The notes under the pieces: model-generated
Databases searched by the model: none
What the model was told of the DNA's origin: nothing
What the model saw: only the letters and a program-made list of their open reading frames with translations
Assembly (NCBI GenBank): GCA_038060895.1
Contig: JBBTCT010000002.1
Coordinates: 96,001 to 160,000 of the forward strand
Length of the DNA: 64,000 nt
Direction of reading: 5' to 3'
Source: Planctomycetota bacterium
GTDB lineage: Bacteria; Planctomycetota; MHYJ01; WSZJ01
Position numbers and translations under genes: made by a program
Shown: positions 19,101 to 28,071 of the stretch, in pieces
Position numbering within the stretch: position 1 is the first letter of the stretch
How the letters are laid out: every line of letters begins with the position of its first letter

Positions 19101-19266
19101 CGGCAAGCTGCACGTGCGCGACTACAAGACCGGCGGCGAGAACCGGAAGTACGAGACGCAGCAGGGAATCTACGTCGCCGCGATGAAGAAGCTGTTTCCG
19201 GGGAAGGAGATCGCGTTCCGGTTCCTGTACATCGGCGGGAGCGGAGTTGCCACGCCAAGGGCGTAG
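16126..19266 (+). CDS. addA: AddA/UvrD-like helicase-nuclease subunit
   Basis: ASAGTGKT, VDEFQDT, VGDGKQSIY, NFRS, TIHAAKGLEW, FYVACTRA; C-terminal GVIDLV..DYKT. Confidence 0.92.
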   Translation: MTSDAGARRDAVVRTDENVVLRASAGTGKTTVLVERMACLLLREKLDPELLVAITFTEMAAAEMKTRLRRRLMDAFRWGMGEDPKNAFDETILSAGRDAIAERAHTALDRLDRAAIETMHAFAGRLLRMFPEEAGVDAAFAIEDTTAVEEALHRDWAAWSREEFAAGAPNHARWRPVLATLQWIKVQELAFRLADWEDIPTDPGAVPQDSKAWHEALLAGMEPLVAHAEGKTKRVTSVMQQARAAMEILARVKAGGWRPLDTADDRFEDSFSDSYKSTGWTDDEWMAAKAAYDAARAWASTRTEAVEAVRLLTGFATFHREQSLNAGRLSFNALLFLARDLLRRKPHAARRFEKHRFLVDEFQDTDARQAEIVLRLSSPPAAEPEADWRALRPRPGAVFIVGDGKQSIYAWRSADLGVYDAVSEQLVAAGALPRELSDNFRSQPAVIDAANRVFGTAFVEEPGIQAAPADLVAARLPKPLNGRVVALRTAKTDGKAPALAAAEALGIANWINDVRGKLRIEVEDGDATVAKPIRFRDIAILLRASTYLPQYLQALRTAKIPYVVTREQHFYEAQEVRDAINLLVALVRPDDALALAGVMRSPVGGLTFDDVHAAGRPDFRRNAPGKAGDLFAKLRDLRSLALRLPVPEAVDLVLEDSGLRAAAAASAHGEQALANLDKVAALAARWAAPELTLGAFADRLGRRLRDVEREAESPLGEPDDEVVRVSTIHAAKGLEWPVVILAGLHSVPRGATVDDPVLSDPSGFAAKAGDATTPGWAFLADRRRRRSEAENTRLFYVACTRAREALVLSRAGDKQGPFLKNLPAGIFAEEDADIAPRPSGTIIPPVAFPPEEEREKWDRVRSDYEKLMKLPSIDSPTGMMHREDDAPDRHGHAWDSRSAKQIGVVVHSVLENWKFEGDDLDRALTRAGADLRATDQAAVLPRARELLQSFLKSPDAVEIAASQILGREVPFSMPLQDGRCIIGVIDLVFEKDGKLHVRDYKTGGENRKYETQQGIYVAAMKKLFPGKEIAFRFLYIGGSGVATPRA

Positions 19267-19497
19267 TTGGGGGTTTGGAGTTCCGGAAGTGGAGTTCCGG
19301 GATCCGCGTTCCGGGTTCCGGGTGGGGTTTCGAGTCTCGTGTTGCGAGTGTCCCCGAGGTTCGGCTGACTCTGAACTGAACTCCAAACACGCAACTCACT
19401 CAACAACTCAGAACGCCGGACTCTCAACCCCACTCGGAACCCGGAACACGGATCCCGGAACTCCACTTCCGGAACCCCAAACTCAAAACCCCGCAAC
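19266..19497. repeat. Inverted repeat of degenerate 7-nt units (GAGTTCC / GGAACTC family)
   Basis: ggagttccggaagtggagttccgggatccgcgttccgggttccgggtgggg ... ccccactcggaacccggaacacggatcccggaactccacttccggaacc. Confidence 0.85.
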
Positions 19498-19539
19498 TCC
19501 CCCACCCCAACCCCCGCCCGCCGCAGTATCATCCCCCCC

Positions 19540-20370
19540 GTGAAACGGCTCCTCTTCTTAGCACTGGCGGCCCTTCCCTGCTTCGCCGCCACCGACACGC
19601 TCGAGCCGGTCAAAAAGGGCCTCGCCGCCGATGCCGCCCGCTCCGCTTGCGAGGAAATGCGCTTCCGCATCAAGGGGCGCTCGCTCGCGATCGCTCCTTT
19701 CCGCAACGATCCCGACGGGCTGGTGACGGCCGCCTTCAAGGAAGCGATCTCGAGCAAGGGCGACTTCGACGTGAAGGAACCGTCCACGTGGCGCGAAATC
19801 TGGGACAAGATCGTCGGGAACGACAAGGACGCGCCGCTGACGTGGAAGCAGGCGGTCGAGCTGGGGACGAAACTCGACGCCGAGTGCGTGCTCTTTGGCC
19901 GCGTCGAGACGCTCGCCGTCGACGAAGGCCGGTCGCACGTGGACGTGAAGATCCGCATCGTCTACACGAAGGACTCCGGTACGAACCAGAAAGCCGGCGA
20001 CGGCCTCTTCATCGGGCGCTACCAGACGAGCCTCAAGAAATCCCTGTTCTCGATGCCGTACTTCCAGGTCTGGATCTTCGACACGTCGAAGTGGGTGCGC
20101 ATCCTGATCTGGTGCGTCGCGCTCCTGATCCTGCCGTTCCTGACGCTGCTCGCGCGCGAATCCCTCTCCCAGGCGCCGCCGATCATCCCGATCGGGCTCG
20201 TGATTCTCATGACCGGCATGGACATGTTCCTCGCGCTTCTCCTGATGGGCTTCGAGGCGGGCTCCATCGTCTCGTGGCTCCTCCTCGTCGGCGCGCTCGC
20301 GGTGTCGATCTTCTACAACCTCACCATCCTCGCGAAGGTCGCCCAGCTGCAGCTCCCGGGGCGCGACTGA
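19540..20370 (+). CDS. Membrane protein (periplasmic alpha/beta domain plus C-terminal TMs)
   Basis: Signal peptide, LAIAPF..AVELGTKLDAECVLFGRV, three C-terminal TM helices. Confidence 0.75.
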   Translation: MKRLLFLALAALPCFAATDTLEPVKKGLAADAARSACEEMRFRIKGRSLAIAPFRNDPDGLVTAAFKEAISSKGDFDVKEPSTWREIWDKIVGNDKDAPLTWKQAVELGTKLDAECVLFGRVETLAVDEGRSHVDVKIRIVYTKDSGTNQKAGDGLFIGRYQTSLKKSLFSMPYFQVWIFDTSKWVRILIWCVALLILPFLTLLARESLSQAPPIIPIGLVILMTGMDMFLALLLMGFEAGSIVSWLLLVGALAVSIFYNLTILAKVAQLQLPGRD

Positions 20371-20371
20371 T

Positions 20372-21184
20372 TTGGAACGCCAACACCTCGCTTCCCTCGG
20401 CGCCGCCGCCCTCCTTCTTCTCTGCGGCATCGTGCAGATCGTGATGTTCGCGACAAGCGATCCCGACCTCCTCGCGCTCTGCCTCCAGGAAACCGCCGCG
20501 ACCGTCGAAGTCCCGGACCAGCCCGCCGCGCTGCGCATCGCGGTCTTCGCGCCCGCCGGCGAGGAATCCGGCGCCCTCGAAAAAGCACTCCGCGCGCGCT
20601 TCGACGAACGCGCCGACTGGAAAGTCCTCGACCGCGAGACCCAGGAGGAAGCGCTCAACGAGTACGCCGATGTCCCGCGGAGGCCGAAGTCGGATTCAGA
20701 AGCGCTCGCCGCGGCGAAGAAGCTCGGCGTGGAAGCAGCGTTCTGGACGGACGCGCGTACGTTCCGGCAGGGCGAGGAGAAGGCCGAAGTCGATTTCACC
20801 TGGGGGCTCGTCAAAACTCCGGGCGGAGACAAGGTCGCGGGCGGCTCCGCGGCGCGCACGATGGAAAAAGGCTTCTTCGCCCTCGACCGCTACCGCGCCA
20901 AGGTCGACGACACGTCCGCCCTCTTCCGCGTCTTCTTCTGGATCGTCGCCCTCCTCGTCCTTCCCGCCGCCCTCGCCCCCGTCAACGAGCTCGTCCTGGG
21001 CAAGCGCACCAACGCCGCCGCCGCCGCGCTCATCTCCGGCTACTCCGCCCTCGCTTTCGTCCTCATGCTCCTCCTCAACGGCTTCCGCCTCTTCTCCGTC
21101 TTCTGGGCCATCGGCGCCCTTGTCGCGCTCGCGGCCGGCGCGCTCTACACGCTCGCCGTGCTGAACGCGATGTCGGAAGGGTAA
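20372..21184 (+). CDS. Membrane protein, paralog of the upstream gene
   Basis: Same layout (RIAVFAP..AAKKLGVEAAFW..three TMs); start codon uncertain (TTG). Confidence 0.7.
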   Translation: MERQHLASLGAAALLLLCGIVQIVMFATSDPDLLALCLQETAATVEVPDQPAALRIAVFAPAGEESGALEKALRARFDERADWKVLDRETQEEALNEYADVPRRPKSDSEALAAAKKLGVEAAFWTDARTFRQGEEKAEVDFTWGLVKTPGGDKVAGGSAARTMEKGFFALDRYRAKVDDTSALFRVFFWIVALLVLPAALAPVNELVLGKRTNAAAAALISGYSALAFVLMLLLNGFRLFSVFWAIGALVALAAGALYTLAVLNAMSEG

Positions 21185-21200
21185 GCCGGCACCGCCCGAC

Positions 21201-22073
21201 TCAGCGCGGCCCCACCTTCAGGTCCACTTCCCTCAGCCGCACCATTCGCGCCGCGCCTGCCTTGTCGAGCTCCGCGCCCAGCGCCTCCGGGGATTCCGGC
21301 GTCGGGGCGTCGTCAGCCCCGAGGATGACGTCTCCGATGCGGAGGCCCGAGGCCCGCCCGCGCCCCGACCAGCCCGCAGCCGTGATTTCCCATCCGGAAA
21401 CCGCTTCACGCGAATGGAATCCTTCTTCCCCGAGCCGGTTGACCCAGAGCTGCCACCCAGGCACGAGGTGCTTGCGGGGATCCGGCAGAGCGCTCGTCGA
21501 CAGGCCAAGAAACGTCACGCGGCCGTCCGCGGCGATGGAAAAACGGTCCGCTTCGTAGCCACGCGCGCGGGCAGCGGCCTCGACGCAGGCGCGCCATTCA
21601 TCCCAGGTGCGCGCGGCGAAGAGCTCTGCGGAGGCGCCGTCCGCGGCGATTTCGCCTTCGACGGATCCGTCGGCGTAGAAGCGAACGACGAACGCGAGCG
21701 TGTGGCTTTCCTTCTCGCTCTCCGAGGAGATGGAGAATTTCTGCGCGTCGCCGCCCTGCAGATCGCGACGCTCGAGCTCGCGCAGCACCCGCCGCGCTTC
21801 AGAGCGAAGTGCGGGGTCCGTGGAAGTGGCGGCGGCGCGGAGGGAAGTGACGACTTCGCCCTGGCGCCCGGGGTTGCGGCCGATCGAGAGGAGTCGCGCC
21901 GCGGCGTCTGCCCGCGAATCGGGCACGGCGAGATTCTGCATCGCGTCGCGGACGTCGGGCGCCACGGTGTCGGGCGCGGCCACGGGCACCGGAGCCAGAA
22001 GCGGTTCCGGCGGTGCGCTCGAGCAGCCGGCCGCGAAGAGGGCGGCAGCGGCGAGAGTGGCGAGCCGTTTCAC
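21201..22073 (-). CDS. Lipoprotein with HEAT-like and degenerate PDZ-like regions
   Basis: Lipobox FAAGC; SGLRIGDVILGAD; paralog of the adjacent gene. Confidence 0.75.
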   Translation of the reverse strand: MKRLATLAAAALFAAGCSSAPPEPLLAPVPVAAPDTVAPDVRDAMQNLAVPDSRADAAARLLSIGRNPGRQGEVVTSLRAAATSTDPALRSEARRVLRELERRDLQGGDAQKFSISSESEKESHTLAFVVRFYADGSVEGEIAADGASAELFAARTWDEWRACVEAAARARGYEADRFSIAADGRVTFLGLSTSALPDPRKHLVPGWQLWVNRLGEEGFHSREAVSGWEITAAGWSGRGRASGLRIGDVILGADDAPTPESPEALGAELDKAGAARMVRLREVDLKVGPR

Positions 22074-22942
22074 TTGCCGCCTCCTGCAGAAATCGGGAGC
22101 TTTACGATTTCCGCCCGCGCGACCCGGACCACGGTCGCGCCGTTCAGCAGGCTCTCCAGATCCCCGATCGATTCAGCTTTCGCGCCGCCGATCTGCAGAA
22201 TCACGTCTCCGCGGCGCAATCCGCACGAGGACGCACGACCGTCCACGGTGCGCGCGCCCACGATCCACCCGTTCCGGTGGCGGTCGACCCACAGTCCCCA
22301 GCTCTTCACGAGGTGCTCGGCGGGATCGGGACTCGACGCGGTCACGGGACCGATCGTCCACATTCCACTCGGGTCGACGTGGAAATGGTCTCCCTCGAGC
22401 CCCCGCGCTTCCGATTCCTCGTTCACCATCTCCGAGAGTTCGGCAAACGACGCCGCGCTGAACGTTTCCGTGTTCCCGTCGCCAAAACGAGCGTCCATCT
22501 CCGCTGAGCCGTCCGCGTAGGTCCGGAACGCGAACGCCATCCCCACCTTCGTCCCTCCCCACGTGAACGTCGTCTCCATCCGCCCGCCCCACGGCGCCAG
22601 GGCTTCCGAACGGTTCAGGATCCGAAGCGTCTCCCCGGCGCGGGCCCTGGCTTCGGCGTCGTCTGCGGTCGCTCCCGCGCGGAGTGCTTCGACCACCTCG
22701 CGTTGCCTCACCGGGTCGGCACCGATCCGCAACAGCTCGGCTGTCGCGCGCTCCCGAGTCGCGGCTTCCTCGTTTCCCAGTTGCGCTACGAAGTCGCGAA
22801 CTTCCGAGGACGTCGTCGCCGGCGCAGGGCGCGGTGCGGGGCGGATCGCCTCAAGATCGGGCCGGCCCGCGCAGCCGGCGAGGAGTCCGACTGCGAAGAT
22901 CAGCGCGCGGGCGGAAGTGAAAGTCAGGCGGGAGCGAGCCAT
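22070..22942 (-). CDS. Lipoprotein with HEAT-like repeat and C-terminal PDZ-like domain
   Basis: Lipobox LLAGC; RERATAELLRIG..DDAEARARA; GLRRGDVILQIGG. Confidence 0.78.
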   Translation of the reverse strand: MARSRLTFTSARALIFAVGLLAGCAGRPDLEAIRPAPRPAPATTSSEVRDFVAQLGNEEAATRERATAELLRIGADPVRQREVVEALRAGATADDAEARARAGETLRILNRSEALAPWGGRMETTFTWGGTKVGMAFAFRTYADGSAEMDARFGDGNTETFSAASFAELSEMVNEESEARGLEGDHFHVDPSGMWTIGPVTASSPDPAEHLVKSWGLWVDRHRNGWIVGARTVDGRASSCGLRRGDVILQIGGAKAESIGDLESLLNGATVVRVARAEIVKLPISAGGGK

Positions 22943-23021
22943 CGGGTTCCAGATTAAGGTGTGAGAGAGCGCGCGTCATTTTAAGTTTCCGCGTCGCCCC
23001 GGGCGGCCAGACCGTTTTTGG

Positions 23022-23060
23022 AAAAAAAATGAAGGGCCCGGCTGACCGTCCGGGCCCTTC
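23022..23060 (-). terminator. Intrinsic terminator
   Basis: Minus strand gaagggcccgg-acggtcag-ccgggcccttc-atttttttt downstream of 23106..23480. Confidence 0.85.
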
Positions 23061-23105
23061 TGAGGTGGGCTGCCGCATTTGAGTGCGGCAGGTGAGGAAT
23101 CGGGA

Positions 23106-23480
23106 TTACTTCGGCTTTTCTTCCTTCGGCTTCTTCGCGTCGAATTCCCGCTTCATGTCCTCCGGGCCGTCCGGCTTGCCGCCCATGGCGTAGGCATCAA
23201 AGAGCTTGTCGTACGCGCAGTTGCGATGCGCGCGCAGCGTCAGTTCTTTGCCCCCGTCGAAGGCGTAGACGGACAGGCGCGGCTTCGTCGAGTCGCTGGA
23301 ATCCCAGATGTAGATCAGCTTCTCGTTGGCGCCGGTGGGCGGCGTGGCCATGATGAAACCACTGGCCGTGTCTCCGGGAGGGGAAGCGAAGGCCATGGGG
23401 CTGGAATGGCCCATGAGGTACCCGGCTAGGACGAACAAACCGCCGGTGAGGATGCCAGCAAAGTAGGATTTCGCGTTCAT
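23106..23480 (-). CDS. Small secreted or membrane-anchored hypothetical protein
   Basis: TAAGGAG RBS, N-terminal TM, own terminator. Confidence 0.8.
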   Translation of the reverse strand: MNAKSYFAGILTGGLFVLAGYLMGHSSPMAFASPPGDTASGFIMATPPTGANEKLIYIWDSSDSTKPRLSVYAFDGGKELTLRAHRNCAYDKLFDAYAMGGKPDGPEDMKREFDAKKPKEEKPK

Positions 23481-23694
23481 GACGGATCTCCTTACTAGAA
23501 GAGGGGTTGTGAGGAACCACTCCTAACAGTAGTCCCTATCTGCAAGAGGCGTGCCCTGCCGCATGATTCGCAAGTTGTTTCAGGACAATGACTTGTGGAA
23601 GTGGTCACCCGCCTTCGGCGTCCTTTTGTAAGGACACTTCCCAAAATCATGTCAATTTGCGCGGAAGTGCACGTATTGCCAAGAAGATTGACGC

Positions 23695-23901
23695 CTATCT
23701 CGTCGAAAAGTTCCCTTCGGGGATCGGCTCGACCATTGGATACTCTTCCAGCGGCGGCACCTCTTCCAGTCCGCGCGGCGGCGCCTGCACTACCAGATAG
23801 CAGGACGGGCACCTCACGGCCCGCGAGCACAGAGTCTCGGAGACTTGAAGCAGCCGCTCGCAACAGCGGCAGCGGAAACGCACGAGAGGTGTCACATCCA
23901 T
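23695..23901 (-). CDS. Small zinc-ribbon protein
   Basis: RFRCRCCERLLQV..AVRCPSC double CxxC pattern. Confidence 0.7.
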   Translation of the reverse strand: MDVTPLVRFRCRCCERLLQVSETLCSRAVRCPSCYLVVQAPPRGLEEVPPLEEYPMVEPIPEGNFSTR

Positions 23902-23938
23902 GCCTGTGAGAACGCAGGAGCGCGCGCCGGGTTCGGTT

Positions 23939-25393
23939 TCAGTCGGCCGCGATGACCCCAGCGACACCGCCGTCCCGGGTGATGTTCACGATCCGCGACT
24001 TTGAAAGCCGCGCGAGCATGGCGACGCCCCGCGGCGTGCCGGTGAATCCGCCGATCGTCACGCGCTTTTCCCACGGCGTGTCCGCGTTGCCGGTCGGGTA
24101 GATCTCCTCCACCGGCGAGGCCAGGGTCTGCGCGACCCAGCCCGGGGCTTCGCGGACGGCGCGCTGGATCAGGCGGTCCCAGGCTGCGGGTTTGATCTCG
24201 CGGCCGAAGTTGATCCCGTGGCCGCCGTAGTCGCGGTTCGGTTTCAGGACGAGGCGTTCCCGCGCCCGGCGCAGGAATTCCGTCATGTCGACTTCACGGC
24301 CGTCGGGGCCGTCGGTCTTCACTTCGCGCACGACGCGCGTCCAGGCCACATGTTTCCGGAAGATCGCCACGTCGGCGGCCGAAAAGCGCTTCCGCCACCG
24401 GGCACTCGTGAGGATCTCCAGCGCGCCCTTCTGGTCGAATTCCCCCGCGAGCCCGGAAACGACGCGGTTTTCGCGGAAGGCCCACTTCACGCCCGACAGG
24501 TCCCGTCCTTCATCGCCCAGCTCGAGCAGGTTCACGGCCGTCGGATCGCGATACAGGAAATCGACCGCCTTGTCCCCGGCGTACATCCGGCCGCGCTTCA
24601 CGCGGATCTCTCCCGGGTCCGCCGTGATCACGTCGTGACCGCGCTTCCGCAGCAGCTCCGCCATCCGCACGAATTCCGCCGGCCCCGAGTCGCAGTCCTC
24701 CTCAAGCAGGCACACGCACGCCGCGCGGACGCCGATCGCGGCGCCGTGGTCGCAGACCTGGTTGAAGATGAGGTCGAGCACGTCGTCGTCGGGGCGGAAG
24801 CGGCGGCCCGGGAAGGCGCGGGTGAGCCAGGGGCCGACGACTTCGTGGACGATGCGGGAGGCGCACCACGAATAGTAGGAAGCGCCGACGCCGACCATGT
24901 TGGTCTCGAGGACGACGAGCGAGTCGCGCCATGACGGCGAGCCGAGGTCGATCGCGCAATCCACGCGTCCGAGGAGCGTCTGGGGCCGGTGGAACGGCGG
25001 GCCGAGGAACGACCGCATCCAGCGGCGCTCGCGCGTGTCGAGCGGGAGCAGGAACGAGGCGTCGCGGTCAGAGTGAGCGAGTTCAGGAAGCAGGCGCGTC
25101 GCGCGGTCCAGCGCGAGAAAGACCCGCTGCAGAAGATCGTGCTGCGGCTGGGTGCGCAGCCAGGGCCGCGCCGTGACGTGGATCGGCCGCCCTTTCCCGG
25201 GCGTGGGGAAAAACTCCATCCCGTAACGCTGCGCCAGAACAGCAATTTCGTGCGCCCAGCGCGCGAGCTCAGAAGCGGGGACCGCGAGAAGCGCTTTTTC
25301 GAGCGACGCTCTGGGGACAAAGTCCCTAGGCGCGGAAACGGCCATCAGATCAGGACTCCCGACCGCGTCATAACTCCCATCTCCCGACTGCAT
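23939..25393 (-). CDS. Circularly permuted ATP-grasp / glutathionylspermidine-synthase-like amide ligase
   Basis: GRVD..VLETN, VDFLYR, QKGALEIL, LVLKPNRDYGGHGI, WVAQ; true start may be 25346. Confidence 0.75.
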   Translation of the reverse strand: MQSGDGSYDAVGSPDLMAVSAPRDFVPRASLEKALLAVPASELARWAHEIAVLAQRYGMEFFPTPGKGRPIHVTARPWLRTQPQHDLLQRVFLALDRATRLLPELAHSDRDASFLLPLDTRERRWMRSFLGPPFHRPQTLLGRVDCAIDLGSPSWRDSLVVLETNMVGVGASYYSWCASRIVHEVVGPWLTRAFPGRRFRPDDDVLDLIFNQVCDHGAAIGVRAACVCLLEEDCDSGPAEFVRMAELLRKRGHDVITADPGEIRVKRGRMYAGDKAVDFLYRDPTAVNLLELGDEGRDLSGVKWAFRENRVVSGLAGEFDQKGALEILTSARWRKRFSAADVAIFRKHVAWTRVVREVKTDGPDGREVDMTEFLRRARERLVLKPNRDYGGHGINFGREIKPAAWDRLIQRAVREAPGWVAQTLASPVEEIYPTGNADTPWEKRVTIGGFTGTPRGVAMLARLSKSRIVNITRDGGVAGVIAAD

Positions 25394-25394
25394 T

Positions 25395-26588
25395 TCACCT
25401 CTGCCCGGGAATCACCTGAAACCTCACCGTCTTCCCCTGGTCGCCCTTCCCCATCGCTCGGCCGTAAGCATGCTCGAGCGCCTCCCGTTCCTTCTCGGGC
25501 GACGCCTCGGAGAGGGCCCACGCGCGGCCCGCCGTCGTCAGCTTCTGGCGGTGCTCGCCGTCCGTGACGATCTTGCGGATCGCGTCGGCGAGCGCCACGT
25601 CGTCGCGCTGCGGGACCACGATTCCCGTCTGGTTGTTGCGCACGATGCCGCGCAGCCCCGGCACGTCGCTGACCACCACCGGCGTCTCGCAGGCCATCGC
25701 TTCCACCACCGACGCCGGCCCGGCTGTGCGCCAGGCGGGGAGGGCGAGGACGTCCATGGCGTTCATGACTCGGGCGAGTTCGCCGGCGGTTTTCCAGGGA
25801 ATTAGCCCGACGGCCTTCGACGTCGAGGGGTGCGCCTTCTGCCAGCCGGCGACGAGATGCGCGTCGTCGCGTTTGAGGGCTCCGGCCAGCAGGAGCTTCC
25901 ACGATTTGTCTTCTTCGAGCAGGCGGCCGAGCGTCTTGAGCAGCGTCACCAGTCCCTTGCGCTTCTTTGCTTCTCCCGCAAACCCGATCACCTTCGAGCC
26001 CGCGAGGCCGAGCTTTGCTTTCACTTCGGCCGCATCCTGCAGGCGCCGGAAGATCCCCGCGTCCACGGAGGGCGGCTGGAGGTAAACGGCGCGGTCGCCC
26101 GCGAGCGTGTGGACTTTCTTGCCGATCTCGACGGAGGGCGCGGTGACGGCTTCTGCCTTCTCCAGCGCCCAGAGGACGATCGACGTCCGGGCGGGATCGG
26201 TGATCGAGCTGTCGAGGTCGGCGCCGCGGGTCGAGACGACCGCGGGGATGCCGCACCAGCGTGCGGCGTGGACGGCGGCCCAGGAGCTCCACGAAGCGGA
26301 CAAGGCGTGGAAGATGTCGAGCCCCTGTTTTTTCCTCGTCGCGACGGCGAGGTCGTTCCACTCGAGGAGCGTTTCGCCCTGGCTCTTGTGGACACCGAAG
26401 CGCGTGACGGTCACGCGGTCGCGCGTCTCGTGCGCGGCGTCGCCCGCCGGCAGCTTGGGCGACGGCGTCATCACGAAGACCTCGTGCCCCGCGCGCCCGA
26501 GCATCGAAGCGAGGCGCTCGGACGAAACGGCGAGGCCGCCCGCGTCCGGGGCGTACTTTTCGGTCAGGATGCCGATGCGGAGACCCAT
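25395..26588 (-). CDS. Glycosyltransferase family 4 (GT-B)
   Basis: GHEVFV, STRGAD, KKRKG, VEAMACETPVVVSDVPG. Confidence 0.9.
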   Translation of the reverse strand: MGLRIGILTEKYAPDAGGLAVSSERLASMLGRAGHEVFVMTPSPKLPAGDAAHETRDRVTVTRFGVHKSQGETLLEWNDLAVATRKKQGLDIFHALSASWSSWAAVHAARWCGIPAVVSTRGADLDSSITDPARTSIVLWALEKAEAVTAPSVEIGKKVHTLAGDRAVYLQPPSVDAGIFRRLQDAAEVKAKLGLAGSKVIGFAGEAKKRKGLVTLLKTLGRLLEEDKSWKLLLAGALKRDDAHLVAGWQKAHPSTSKAVGLIPWKTAGELARVMNAMDVLALPAWRTAGPASVVEAMACETPVVVSDVPGLRGIVRNNQTGIVVPQRDDVALADAIRKIVTDGEHRQKLTTAGRAWALSEASPEKEREALEHAYGRAMGKGDQGKTVRFQVIPGQR

Positions 26589-26635
26589 GAGGAGCGAGAG
26601 GTTAGCGTTCAGCGGGGGTTGTGTCCATTCGGACG

Positions 26636-26877
26636 GGGGTTTGGAGTTGCGAGTTCCGGAAGTTGAGATCCGGGTTCCGAGTTCCGGGTGGGGTTCGGGG
26701 TTGCGAGTTTCGCGTTGTTCCGTGAGTCCCGGGTCCGGGGTTCAGTTGCGGGTTGAGCGAACCAACTCTCAACCGGCGACTCCATCAACATCTCGCAACT
26801 CGAAACTCAAAACCCCACTCGGAACACGGAACCCGGAACCCGGATCTCAACTTCCGGAACTCCAAACCCGCAACCCC
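26636..26877. repeat. Inverted repeat of degenerate 7-nt units, same family as 19266-19497
   Basis: Shares gagttccggaagt.gag.tccggg and ttccgggtggggtt ... aaccccactcggaac. Confidence 0.85.
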
Positions 26878-26917
26878 AGTCCTTCCCATTCCGGAGGCCC
26901 CTCGCTACCCTCGCCCC

Positions 26918-27376
26918 ATGGCCGCGAAATCCCCGCCTCCGATGAAAGAAGTCCGCGGCCCGGTCGGCTTCTCGACCGAAATCTGGATCACCGCGCCGCT
27001 TCCCAAGGTCTGGCAGCTCGCGACCAAAGGCGCCTGGCTCGACCAGTACTTCACGACCGCCACCTCCGGCAACCTCGACGCCCCCGGCCGCGTGCGGCTC
27101 TCGTGGGGGGACATCAGCGAGGACGTGGAAGTGCTGTCCGCGGCGTGGGAAAAGAAGACCGTCTTCCGCTGGATCGCCTACCGCCAGAAATACGCGACGC
27201 GCGTGACGTTCGGGTTGAAGGCCAAGGGCAACATGACGCTCTTCAGCATCGCGGAGTCGGGCTGGAAGCGCGACCCGTCGGGCGTGGACAGTTCTCTCCA
27301 TCACGCCATCGGCTGGACGCATTTTCTCGCGCAACTGAAGGCGTTCGCGCAGTTCGGGGTGCAGCTGAGGGGGTGA
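26918..27376 (+). CDS. SRPBCC/AHSA1-like domain protein
   Basis: EIWITAPLPKVWQ, TRVTF, IAESGW, GWTHFLAQLKAF. Confidence 0.8.
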   Translation: MAAKSPPPMKEVRGPVGFSTEIWITAPLPKVWQLATKGAWLDQYFTTATSGNLDAPGRVRLSWGDISEDVEVLSAAWEKKTVFRWIAYRQKYATRVTFGLKAKGNMTLFSIAESGWKRDPSGVDSSLHHAIGWTHFLAQLKAFAQFGVQLRG

Positions 27377-27431
27377 ACGCTCATGCCCCGAATGCGATAG
27401 AATGCGATCGGTTCGACTCAGGAGACCGACC

Positions 27432-27662
27432 ATGACGGTGCGAGGCACCATCATCAATGGAGTCGCCGTCCCCCAGAACGGGCAGCCGCTTCCCGAAGGC
27501 TCGGCTGTCGAAATCACCGTGCTTCCGGAGGGATCAGGCAGTTCCGATTCGGCGGACCTTGCCGTGCTTCTGCGGAATTGGGCGGGACAGGCCCTCGGAT
27601 TGCCCGCGGACCTCGCGGAAAATCATGATCATTATCTCTACGGGCTTCCGAAGTCCGAATGA
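27432..27662 (+). CDS. Antitoxin (AF2212/DUF104-like) of a VapBC pair
   Basis: AGGAG RBS; GTIINGV..LPEGSAVEI and DLAENHDHYLYG; ATGA overlap with the PIN gene. Confidence 0.8.
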   Translation: MTVRGTIINGVAVPQNGQPLPEGSAVEITVLPEGSGSSDSADLAVLLRNWAGQALGLPADLAENHDHYLYGLPKSE

Positions 27663-28066
27663 TCGAGGTTTTCGCGGATTCCTATTTCTACCTCGCGCTG
27701 GCGAATCCCGAGGACACGGCGCATGCCCGGGCCTTGGCGGCGCTCAAAGACGTCCAGGGAACGCACGTAACTCATTCCTGGGTGCTCAGCGAAGTCGCGG
27801 GTGGACTTTCTTCGCCTGCGAACAGGCCGAAGTTTCTTCAGCTTCTCGCATTTCTCAAGTCAAACAGCCGCGTCGTTCTGTTGCCGCCGACCCAGCAGTT
27901 GTTTGACGCAGGGGTTGAGCTCTTTTCGAGGCGTCCCGACAAGGACTGGTCGCTCGTGGACTGCATTTCATTTCATGTCATGACCTTGCGAGGCATTCGA
28001 ATGGCCCTGACGGGAGACAAAGATTTTGAACAGGCCGGGTTTCAAGCTGTCCTCCGGAAATCCTGA
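27659..28066 (+). CDS. vapC: VapC PIN-domain toxin
   Basis: VFADSYFYLAL, VLSEV, DKDWSLVDCISF, LTGDKDFEQAGF. Confidence 0.92.
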   Translation: MIEVFADSYFYLALANPEDTAHARALAALKDVQGTHVTHSWVLSEVAGGLSSPANRPKFLQLLAFLKSNSRVVLLPPTQQLFDAGVELFSRRPDKDWSLVDCISFHVMTLRGIRMALTGDKDFEQAGFQAVLRKS

Positions 28067-28071
28067 ATTCC

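Noticed and set aside
13010-19386. Very long antisense ORFs (1016 aa and 1169 aa) and similar ones elsewhere (e.g. 8258..10144, 8446..10362)
   Set aside because: Shadow ORFs expected opposite GC3-rich genes; low-complexity composition and no recognisable motifs.
19266-26877. CRISPR array in the repeat-rich intergenic regions
   Set aside because: Units are ~7-nt degenerate tandem repeats in inverted arms without unique spacers; no cas genes.
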